Origin: Paramoeba atlantica
Lineage: Eukaryota > Protista > Discosea
Reading direction: 5' to 3'
DNA length: 63,792 bases
Assembly (NCBI GenBank): GCA_977017575.1
Contig: CDRNVI010000086.1
Location: 1 to 63,792, forward strand
The notes under the pieces: model-generated
The model's database searches: none
What the model was told of the DNA's origin: nothing
What the model saw: only the letters and a program-made list of their open reading frames with translations
Position numbers and translations under genes: made by a program
In this document: piece after piece, positions 34,481 to 44,156 of the stretch
Layout: every line of letters starts with the position of its first letter
Numbering within the stretch: the stretch's first letter is position 1

Positions 34481-34628
34481 ATGTGTCAAACATCTAGAAA
34501 ACGTATTAATTCAGAAGATCGTAAACTTATTGAGGTTCTCCACAATCAAGAAAACTTTTCGCAAGCACAAATTGCCTCAAAACTGAAAGTAAATCAGTCG
34601 TCTCTTAGTCGAGAACTGGCACGTGGAG
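34481..34628 (+). pseudogene. IS30-like HTH fragment (same as 28149-28296)
   Basis: Identical translation. Confidence 0.5.
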
Positions 34629-34908
34629 AGTTTCCGCTTGTCCAAGGCGGAACCAACGTGCTGTTGCCAACACGCTGCGTCGACGAACTGTACGTCAACA
34701 CGGCTTACCCAAGAGGTGTAAGCCGGGTAAGGGAGCTGGTTCCCTGAGGGGAGGGTCCGGGACGGTCCTCCGAGTACTGGGCCTAATCGGTTATCAGCCC
34801 AGCCTCTTAGAGTGAGGCCGCCAGGAATATTGCGATGAGTGGGTTTGAACTCGCCGTCTGAGCACCATGTGCTTCAAACTTTGTGTTCTTGCCACTCCGC
34901 CACCTCCG
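34629..34908 (-). mobile_element. SINE1, 3'-truncated
   Basis: Reverse complement of the consensus head and body. Confidence 0.85.
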
Positions 34909-35064
34909 CCTTTGGCAAACTACCACAAAACTGGAACAGCATCTCCCGGTTTGTAGAGCATTCTGATGTGACAAAAGGATCTTTAACGGTTGATACCGTT
35001 CCAGTTTTGTGGTAGTTTGCCAAAGGTCCCTTTAGTATCTCCCTCGACCACTTTAGCCTGGGTT
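34909..35064. mobile_element. MITE-2 lacking its outer left TIR
   Basis: CTTTGGCAAACTACCACAAAACTGGAAC / GTTCCAGTTTTGTGGTAGTTTGCCAAAG inverted arms; right end ATCTCCCTCGACCACTTTAGCCTGGG. Confidence 0.75.
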
Positions 35065-35065
35065 T

Positions 35066-35924
35066 AATTGCGGTGGTTGTATAACTACCGCTCTAACCTC
35101 GATTATTGCAAGAAAAAGTGAACAAAAACAGTGAAAATATAAAGAGAAGCACAGTAATATACACACGGGGGGGGGGTCCAGGTGAGCACGAGCAAATGTT
35201 TTTTAAAAAAAATATTTTTCGAAACAAATCCGCAGAAGCGGTACCCGGGGTCTTGGCGCGCATTTTCCACCCCCCTGCCCGGGGGTGTTTTCCACCCGTG
35301 CCCGGGGGGTTTTCCACCACCCATCGTGTGCGCAGGACGGGTCCGCCAAGTTCGGATTTTTTCGGAAAAAAAAATCGAAAAGAATTTCAACTTGGCGAAA
35401 ACAATGGCAAAAAAAATATTTTTCCAAAATCGTTTCCTCTATTGTATTCTGATAGTTTGGGGCCTACACTAGCTTTCTCGGCCGTTGTTTTCACAAGGTA
35501 TCCTTTCTTCAAGCCGTGGTGCTCCCCTCAAAATGACCCATTTTTGACTAAAAAAGGTGAAAAAGTATTTTTCGGACCTAGAGGGGCATTTTTGTGTCGA
35601 AAGAATGGTATGGTTGGAGTCGCATTCTCTACCAAATACGTTCGGTAGGCTTTGATTCGTGGCTACGAGTGATTTCCCGCACGAAAATGTCGGATTTAGT
35701 GCTCTGAGAGCAAAATTACCCAAAAATGACCCCATTTTTACCTGAAAATCGGCTATTTTGGGTATAATCTTTCCGTTTTCTTCAGCTTTCCAGGCCAAAT
35801 TTTCTTTTTTAGGCTCTTCGTTAAACGCGGAGGTCGTTTTCAACTCGACACGCGCAGCACAAGTTACTTGTGCATGAGTGACTTCTAAGTTGAAAACAAC
35901 CACCGCATTTAACGAAGAGCCTAA
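35066..35924 (+). mobile_element. Family X
   Basis: 5' GCGGTGGTTGTATAACTACCGC; 3' hairpin ending GAGCCTAA. Confidence 0.75.
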
Positions 35925-36484
35925 AAAAGAATAAAATTGTAAACTTCGTCACCGGTAGTGTCATTTTCTCGACCGACACCACTTAAAAATACACTAATTT
36001 TTACGAGCACTGTATATGGCATATCCTGTCACCGAACTTACGTAGGCATTGATTTTACAATTCTAAATCAATTGAAATACAAACGAGCACGACTTTTTTG
36101 ACCCCTTTTTTTCTCTCTCTCGTACTCTAAAACACGTTTTCACACCACAACCCTCAAATCTATTTTTTTCCTTCAAAAACCCTTCCCTACCCCTCCCCAA
36201 TGTCTCTCCCACCCCCATCCCAAAACCCCCCCAACCCCCCCAACCCCCCCAATCCCCTCTCCCAAAACGAAAACCAAAACCCCACCCCCTCCCACGCTCT
36301 CCAACGACCCCCCACCTTCTCCCCCCCCTCCCCCTCCCCCTCCCTCCTCGCCCTCTACCGCGCCCTCCTCGCGGCCTCCACCCCCTCCCCGCCCTCCCCC
36401 CCGCCCGGCCCTGGGCCGACTTCGCGGACCGTTCCGCGCTCACCCCCCCCGCCTCCCCCCCCGACGGGAATTGTTTCGGAAATT

Positions 36485-37015
36485 GTTTTTTGAAAAAAAA
36501 TTCAACTTGGCGAAAAAAGTGACAAAAAAAATATTTTTCCAAAATCGTTTCCCCTATTGTATTTTGATAGTTTGGGACCTACACGAGCTTTCTCCGCAGT
36601 TGTTTTCTCAAGGTATCACTTCTTCAAACCGTGGTGCGCCCCTCAAAATGACCCATTTTTGACTAAAAAAGGTGAAAAAGTATTTTTCGAACCTAAAGAG
36701 GCATTTTTGTGTCGAAAGAATGGTATGGTTGGAGTCGCATTCTCTACACAATACGTTCGGCAGGCTTTCATTCACGCCTACGAGTGATTTCCCACGCGCA
36801 AATGTCGGATTTAGTGCCCTGACAGCAAAAATACGCGAAAATCACTCCATTTTTACCCGAAATTCGGCTATTTTTGGCCATAATCTTTCCGTTTTCCAGG
36901 CTAAATTTTCTTTTGTAGGCTCTTCGTTGAACGCGGCGGGAGTTTTCAACGCGAAGCGCGCAGCATGAGTGACTTCTAAGTTGAAAGCAACCACCGCGTT
37001 TAACGAAGAGCCTAA
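36485..37015 (+). mobile_element. Family X 3' part
   Basis: Homologous to 33930-34446. Confidence 0.8.
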
Positions 37016-37016
37016 T

Positions 37017-37188
37017 TATTATCAGAATATTATAAGAATATTTTAGGACAGCTTGAATTGCTAGTTTTGGGCTACAACATGTGAAATTGCTAATTTGATT
37101 GCTTGTAAAATCATGTTCATGTATTGGGTAATATAGAGGAAATGCCGCGTTTCATACTTCTCCCCCCTGATTCATCGCAAAAAAAAAA
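37017..37188 (+). mobile_element. CRE-2-family 3'UTR end with poly(A)
   Basis: Diverged reverse complement of 4035-4235; the upstream part of the same UTR is at 33424-33461. Confidence 0.7.
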
Positions 37189-37214
37189 TACAACCTGAAT
37201 TACGATCCTATCTA

Positions 37215-40007
37215 TTGCAAATTATGAACAAAATCCATCAAACAGGGGAGTCGCCAGAGTGCTGGAAACTTGTAGTACAAGTTCCGATTCCCAAAAAAGG
37301 TGATCTATCTCAAATTTCTAATTGGCGCCCTATTTGTCCAGTTAACAGTGTAGTAAAATTAATGAACTGCATGATTTTGCGTCGTATACGGCCATCAATA
37401 GAGGGGTTGCTGCGTGATAGTCAATTTGGGTTTCGCCCGGACAGGTCCACCGCAGGTGCTCAATTACTATTGAATGACTTAACTGCACGCGTTAACTGCA
37501 CACGTGGAGATATGAACTCGCCTCTGCAAACGCCGCAGGGGGGGAAGTGTTTTTCTAAAAGGGCGAAACAATTTAGGAAGTTTCTGCTATCTATAGGAGC
37601 AAAATCCGCACACGAATGTTGTAGTGCGGGGAGGAAGTGGACGTATCGGTTCCCGCCTAATGTGAAACATCCTCTGGGACTCACGAAGCAGCTGGATCAC
37701 ATCATTACAAACACACGCTTTAGTTCAGCGATTCGCTCTCAGCGGGTGCTTCTAGCCCCATTACCGACGCGCCACTGCGTGGTGACAGTACAGTTGAAAA
37801 TACGGTGGAAGGCGCAAAGCAAAGCTGGCAAACAAGTGCCTTTTTGGGGATCTCTTCAGAATGAGGTAATAAAGGATAAATTTGTCAAGAACGTAGAATT
37901 TGCAATGGAGGGTGGCAACAAACGAACAAGAGATGATGCAGTCGGTCCTTTGTTGTGGGACAAATTCGCTAGTGCCGTAAAGAATGCTTCCGGAGAGCTT
38001 CCTTCCCGAGTTTCTAATCACAATACAAATAAGGATGAAGCGCCGGGTCCCGGGGAGCTCGACTTGAAAGCTATTGTGAAAGTTGCTCGAAATCCGCACA
38101 GATTTGATGCTTTTTCCAGGGCACATGCGGAAAAGATTGGAAAATGTATAAAAGAAGAATGCAACGTGCTTGCGGAAGATTTATACAAACATCCGAAGAG
38201 CGCTTACCGCACCATACGAAACATTGTAGGTGACAATCGAAAGGAATTTTCTTTGTTTGGTGATACTGTTCGGGATAGCCTCCGCACTGTCCAAAATCAC
38301 TTTCAGGCGATCGGGCAAGAGATGAACACAGGTGGTCTGGTAAACTTTCCTCTTTTGACAAAGAGCCTCATTGAAATACAAGATGGAGAGTTTACACTAT
38401 CAGAGCTGCGTTCCGCACTGCTGAAAGTGAAGTCGGGAAAAGCGGCAGGTTCCGATGGTATTCCAATCGAAGCGTTAAGGTCATTGAGCGCAAATGAGAG
38501 ATTGATGGGGACTTTGCTTCATATAGTAAATGACGTCAGAAGCACAGGAATTGCATCAGACAAATGGAAAATGATACTGCAAGTGACTCTTCCAAAAAAG
38601 GGAAATCTGGGCAATCTGTCCAACTGGAGGCCGGTATGCATAGTAAATCACGTGGTCAAGATAATGAACAGGATGGTATTAGACCGAATTCAACCAGCGG
38701 TAGAAAACATGCTTCGGCCGAATCAATTCGGTTTTCGCCCACACCGATCGACTGCTGGTGCACAAGCTACTTTCGTAGAAATCTCCGCCAAGGCTTTGAG
38801 AGGTCAGGGAGTTGCGGTGGCATTCGTGGATTTCAAGCAGGCTTTTCCATCAGTACCATTCTCGGCCATTGTAGGTGCATTGAACGCTTTTCATATACCC
38901 GAGCACCTCACCAAAGTAAACAGCACACAGGAGAGTGATGATCGCAATGTTGCACCCAACGAACGCTTGAGATTAGGATGGGCGGTGATGCACAAACTCC
39001 GGTCAATATGGAAATCGCCTCTTCCAATGTCTAGTCGAATGACAGTATTCCGCACGCTAGTCATGCCGGTGGTGAACTACAATGCAGGGACGTGGGATAT
39101 ATCGACTTCCAAACTTCGGGAACTCGACATTGAGATGAATAAGATGCGAAGAATGGTATGCAATGTTGGGCGTACATGGGATGGAAAACGGTCTATTCGA
39201 TTAGAAGCTCTATATCAGAATGATTTGAAGCTCAGCACCACAGCAAAGACTCAACGGGCGCAGCTTATTGGTCACATTCTTCGGCACGATTCTCCATTCA
39301 GTGTTGCTATTCTTTGGCGCGAGTGCGATAAAACGACACACGCCTCTCTTTCCGAAGCATGTTCCGATGACCTTGGCTTGTCCCTACCAGATGTAATTCA
39401 AATTTCCAATGATCGATCACGATGGCGTTCGAATTTGCATCGTTTGAAATCACGCCTTGAGCCCCGCCTTACCTATAAGCCTATTGAATCTCCTGGGTGG
39501 GGAAAGAATGTACGCAGCTTGCAAGATGAGGAAAACTATGCAATGCTACAATTTGTTGAAGACGGGTCAGTACCTTTCCATTTTCTATCCGATTCCTTGC
39601 ATCTATACACCTATGGAGCACTAAAAACGACGAGAACGAGCACTTCTTCAGGGTGCGGTATCGTGTTGTTGGGGGAACGAGTCGGGAAGACACTTATAGG
39701 ATTGAAACCACCGACACACGTATCGCTCACCATAACAGCCGCAGAACTATACGCTGTCTATGAGGCGTTGAGCCTTGCAAGGACATATTCCAAGGACGCT
39801 GTTATTCACACGGATTCGGCGTATGTCTGGGACTTCTTTCACGTAATTCGGAAGAGGTTTTCTTTAATCGGATTTCAGTCATTCGAAAATTCGGAGCTTT
39901 TATCAAAAATAACCCGGATTTGCTTTCAGATAGAGGAGAATCATACTCTTTACTACATTAAAGTCAGGGGTCATGAAGGTAATCCGCACAATGCCACATT
40001 GGATTAG
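37215..40007 (+). pseudogene. 930-aa chimeric ORF: LINE-d RT start fused in frame to LINE-e (partial APE, RT1-3, thumb, RNase H)
   Basis: RT motifs PKKG..NWRP occur twice; QG/YADD segment deleted in frame; first RNase H Asp reads TYG. Confidence 0.8.
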
Positions 40008-40884
40008 CTTGCAAAACGCGCCTCGCAACAAGTTGAGGAAAATTGCTCCTTCTGTTACCGTGGCTTTGATGATAAATCACACACGAAAAGGAGAGACCCT
40101 ATTCCATTGAGTAATGATAAGAAAATTAAAACTTTGCAAAAACGCACTTTGCCAGCTTTCGCGCTCCCACAGGTTACGGCCAAAGACATAAACTCCAGCC
40201 CCTTACAAAATCCAAATCCAATCCAAAATGGATCCGCGAAGGCATCAAATAGTAGAAATTCTAAATCAGAAACGCACAAACGTGCTCGATCAAAGGCCAA
40301 GCAAACAAGATCCAATGAGAAGGTTCGCCCAAAAAGGCTCCAGAATAATGAAAAACAACGTGTACAACGTAAAACCAAGGTTTTCGTACCTACAGTTACG
40401 GCGCGCACTCCACAAATTAAACGATTACATTGTGAGGAGGAATGTACAACACAAAAATCTACGAGGAGTTCTGATTGAACAAATGAGGACTGAATTTTCA
40501 TGCATAGGGAGGTGTTTGAATGGGCTCATTATTATTTTCTTTCTTTTCAAAATATACATACCCTTTTATATACACTGGTTGCGTAAACAAGGTTTTGAAT
40601 TAACAACGCGTCTCGCTCTGTGCCCTAGGCAAAAACAGAGGTATAGAGCCAACAGGTCAGAAGGCCAAATGAATATGAAGGCGAGTTGCTGGAAGACACA
40701 TTCGCCCTAAAGAGGCATTTCCAAAGAAAGTAACTAGGATACATGGATGACAGGGCTGTGGAAGGTGCTTCACCGCGCAAATTCTAGGTGATATTGTATT
40801 TTTATATGTTTCGTTACTAGTATGAACTACAAATCCTTTAACTGATATTTCAATATCAGTGTCTTTGTTGTTGTGTTGTGTTGT
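37492..40884 (+). mobile_element. LINE-e, 5'-truncated, (TGTTG)n tail
   Basis: 12-bp TSD TAACTGCACGCG at 37480-37491 and 40885-40896. Confidence 0.85.
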
Positions 40885-41972
40885 AACTGCACGCGCAACA
40901 AGAGACAAACGAGGCATATTAGTAGCATTCATTGACTTTGCCAAGGCGTTCCTCTCCGTTTCTTATCATGCTATTCGTTCCGCGGTTGATGCCTTTCACG
41001 TCGGTCCTGCGCTGACTCGCACAATTATGTCTCTTTACACTGATCTTCAGGGGATAGTGCGCACACCGTACGGGAACACGCAGCCTTTTCCGATTACGAC
41101 TGGAATTCTTCAGGGTGATTTTCTTGCGCCATATCTTTTTGTACTTGTAATTGATCGTGTCCTTCATCGTGCTGTCGTTAAAAAGCCTCAAGGAATTCTT
41201 TTAAAGAGTGCTGGCACGAAAAGTAGATTTAGGAATAACCCTTGAGGAAGCTCTTGTTTACTCATCGGATCAAACACACTGGCAAAAGTTATGCGAAGAA
41301 CTCAGGCAAAACCTTGAGCTACTACCAGATTATAATAGATTACAATCATCACAATGGAAGGCCAAACACAGGAATGCAATCAGAGGCGAACCTTACGGAC
41401 TACAGTTCGTTGAAGAAGGACCCGAACCCTTTCCGATAGGGGAAGAGGCAGTACATATGTATATTGATGGTTTGCACCGTTAGAGGTACCAATGAAGGCA
41501 GAGGCGGCGCAGGAATCGTCATAAAGCAGACTAACCAGAATGATCAACACTATTCCATACGATTAAATGCTGACACACCAGATAGAGCAGATACGGAATC
41601 CCTACAACAAGCACTAAACATGAAGGAGCAAAGAAACTAATGTTACACACTGATTCCTTCTACGTATGGAATTTCTTTCATTTAATGAGATTTCGGCTCC
41701 GTGTTATTGGGTATAATAAAGTACCAAATGGGGATCTTCTGCCCTTATTGGACAGGAAAATTCGGTCAATGCAAGCTGAGAACGTTGAAGTATTCATGTG
41801 CAAAGTGAGGTCCCATAATGGGAACACATAATGAGAAGGCTGATGCGCTGGCCGTTTCAGGAACACGCAAGGCTCTTCATACCTCAGAACCAAAGAGGAG
41901 AAAAAAGACGCCAGGTGTAGTCCCAGCTCGAACTCTGAGCTCACAAAAAGTGCAAACATCGATTTTGTCTGG

Positions 41973-42357
41973 GGTGGAGGTGGCGTAGTGGCAAGAACTC
42001 AAAGTTTGAAGCACATGGTGCTCAGACGGCGAGTTCAAACCCGCTCATCGCAATATTCCCGGCGGACTCACTCTAAGAGGCTGGGCTGATAACCGACTAG
42101 GCCCAGTACTCGGAGGACCGTCCCGGACCCTCCCCTCAGGGAACCAGCTCCCTTACCCGGCTTACACCTCTTGGATAAGCCGTGTTGACGTACAGTTCGT
42201 CGACGCAGCGTGTTGGCAACAGCACGTTGGTTCCGCCTTGGGCAAGCGGAAACTGGTAGAGGACGTCGGCCACGGAACTTCCAAATCTGTCTGTGAAGGG
42301 TCTGGCTTGCCAGTGACCATCCGGAGCAATCCGGAATGATTTGGATTTGGATTTTTG
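41973..42357 (+). mobile_element. SINE1, full length, inserted in LINE-d
   Basis: TSD GATTTTGTCTGG at 41961-41972 and 42358-42369; empty site at ~26195-26215. Confidence 0.9.
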
Positions 42358-42608
42358 GATTTTGTCTGGTGAGACTAAAACGTTGTCTGTGGCTAAGCGA
42401 TGTGCGGTTGAGGATGGTACACCGCCTCTCAAGGTAGGTGTAAGTTCCGTGGAACTCCCTTCGGAAGAGAATGAGTACTTAGGTTCCAGTAATACTCCTA
42501 AAGTGAAAAAGAAGCAGCATAAAGGGACCAAAAAAGAACTTCAACAGGTAATGGAAGAATCTGTGGGGGGTAAGGATGAAACTTCTAAGGATCCAAAGCT
42601 GTTACAAC

Positions 42609-42872
42609 CCCAAGGCACATTCTCGCGGGATGCCGAGTTGCTCTAGATCAAGGGCGTTACACTTTCAGACACGACTTCATCTTACGGGCCCTAGCTTACC
42701 ATGTAAGCGAGTCCCCCCATACAGCTCTCTCTCATTTCGACCTACCTGGCATGCGACTCCCTCCAACGTGGCTAGCCGACAATGGCGGTATGCTGCGTCC
42801 GGACGGGTGGGTAAAGCTAAGGGGCGGGAAAGAGCTCATTATTGAACTAACTTGCCCATGGGAGGAGAATAA
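42609..42872 (+). pseudogene. HERO-like non-LTR C-terminal fragment (end of CCHC and RLE)
   Basis: RHILAGCRVALDQGRYTFRHDFILRALA, then after a frameshift MLRPDGWVKLRGGKELIIELTCPWEEN. Confidence 0.75.
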
Positions 42873-42874
42873 AG

Positions 42875-42960
42875 GGGCGGTGCGGGCGTAGGGGGCGGTG
42901 CGGGCGTAGGGGGCGGTGCTGGCGTAGGGGGCGGTGCTGGCGTAGGGGCGGTGCGGGCGT
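42875..42960 (+). repeat. Five tandem ~18-bp GGGGGCGGTGCGGGCGTA units (amplified 5' end of the SINE2 head)
   Basis: The last unit runs directly into GTTGGTAGACGG. Confidence 0.85.
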
Positions 42961-43580
42961 AGTTGGTAGACGGTGGGCCTTACAACCTGCAGGTTGTTGG
43001 TTCGATTCCCGCTATCGACAAAACTCGCAACCTGGCGGCCTCACTACAAAGGGAAAGCGATCAGGAGTGCCTTCAAGGCCCACACCCAACCCCGCTCCCC
43101 TGGAGGACCGACCCGGAACCGCAGAGCTGAACCAGGCTCCAGCGCAGCCGCTAAATTGCGAGCTGCTTACGCAAAGAAGGCTTGAGACACAGCCTACACG
43201 ATGCAACGGGGTGGACGCCCGTCCTGGTAGCTACGGTTGGGTAGCCGTGCTCGGGCCGCAAGGCGTCGAGTGCCGCCTGGGAAGGGGATAGCAAGACGAT
43301 GAAGGTCGGTGAAATGAGACTCTACCCCAACGGTTGGCGCTGCAGAGCCCTCCGTGTTCTTCTTCTTCTTCTTCTTCTTCTTCTTCTTCTTCTTCTTCTT
43401 CTTCTTCTTCTTCTTCTTCTTCTTCTTCTTCTTCTTCTTCTTCTTCTTCTTCTTCTTCTTCTTCTTCTTCTTCTTCTTCTTCTTCTTCTTCTTCTTCTTC
43501 TTCTTCTTCTTCTTCTTCTTCTTCTTCTTCTTCTTCTTCTTCTTCTTCTTCTTCTTCTTCTTCTTCTTCTTCTTCTTCTT
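42961..43580 (+). mobile_element. SINE2, full length, with ~75 CTT units
   Basis: A-box-like TAGTTGGTAG, CT-TAC-AA anticodon-like loop, B-box GGTTCGATTCCC; pure CTT run ~43356-43581. Confidence 0.9.
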
Positions 43581-43800
43581 CTGTTACAACGTAAGAAAAG
43601 GTTGTTTTCTTAACTGGTTTTAATAACAAGTGTTTTAGGATAGGATAGGATAGAATAGGATTGAGAAATGGTGAGGTGTAGAATTTTACGCCAAAAAGGC
43701 GCAGCACCATGATGAGGCTTCCCAAGGAAGCTCTCAAGTTGAGGAAGTTCCTCACCCAGGAACACACCTGACTTCAGGTTTTTTTTTTTTTGGACTTCAC

Positions 43801-43903
43801 GTTACCATAGGCCTAAATTTCCGTCCATGGAAAAAGCAAATCGGCTCACCGATTTCTAAGGAAGACCTCTCCAGGGCGGAAGCACGCTTGATACCGGTAA
43901 CAA
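43801..43903. repeat. Repeat V (~103 bp), copy 1
   Basis: Near-identical to 49396-49498; GTTACC..GGTAAC ends; internal AAATCGG/CCGATTT hairpin. Confidence 0.8.
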
Positions 43904-43982
43904 GCCCTGCCATCCTCAGCTTCGGCAGAAGAAGTGCGAGTGATCCCAACGGCCTGAGGAGTTAGGCCTGAGGAGTTCCACG

Positions 43983-44156
43983 TATATGTCGATAGCTATA
44001 TGTCGATAGATATGTCGATAGATATATGTCGATAACAATTTTTATTAAGATAACAATTTTTATTAAGATAACAATTTTTATTAAGATAACAATTTTTATT
44101 AAGATAACAATTTTTATTAAGATAACAATTTTTATTAAGATAATAATTTTTATTAA
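43983..44156 (+). repeat. ATATGTCGATAG-type units plus seven 18-bp GATAACAATTTTTATTAA units abutting the LINE-a ATG
   Basis: Seven units counted at 44031-44156. Confidence 0.9.

Larger units (their letters stand above)
37195..43660 (+). mobile_element. LINE-d (RT, RNase H, (AGGAT)n tail), hosting LINE-e, SINE1 and the HERO-SINE2 composite
   Basis: RT1-2 at 37215-37491 continues at 40897 (ATRDKRGILVAFIDFAKAF..GILQGDFLAPYLF); RNase H HMYIDG, LHTDSFYV, KVRSHNG..EKADALA; internal deletion removes YADD. Confidence 0.85.

Noticed and set aside
36160-36465. C-rich tract and its Gly/Pro-rich ORFs
   Set aside because: Low complexity with no periodicity; may be degraded family X or poor base calls; no function supportable
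43231-43767. Poly-E, poly-L, poly-S and poly-F ORFs
   Set aside because: Translations of the (CTT)n tail
43900-43960. HDV-like ribozyme at the LINE-a 5' end (GCC-ATCCTCAGCTTC-GGC)
   Set aside because: Loop too long, and no P1, P1.1 or J4/2 could be assembled; no CUGANGA hammerhead core found in SINE1 or the CRE 3'UTR either
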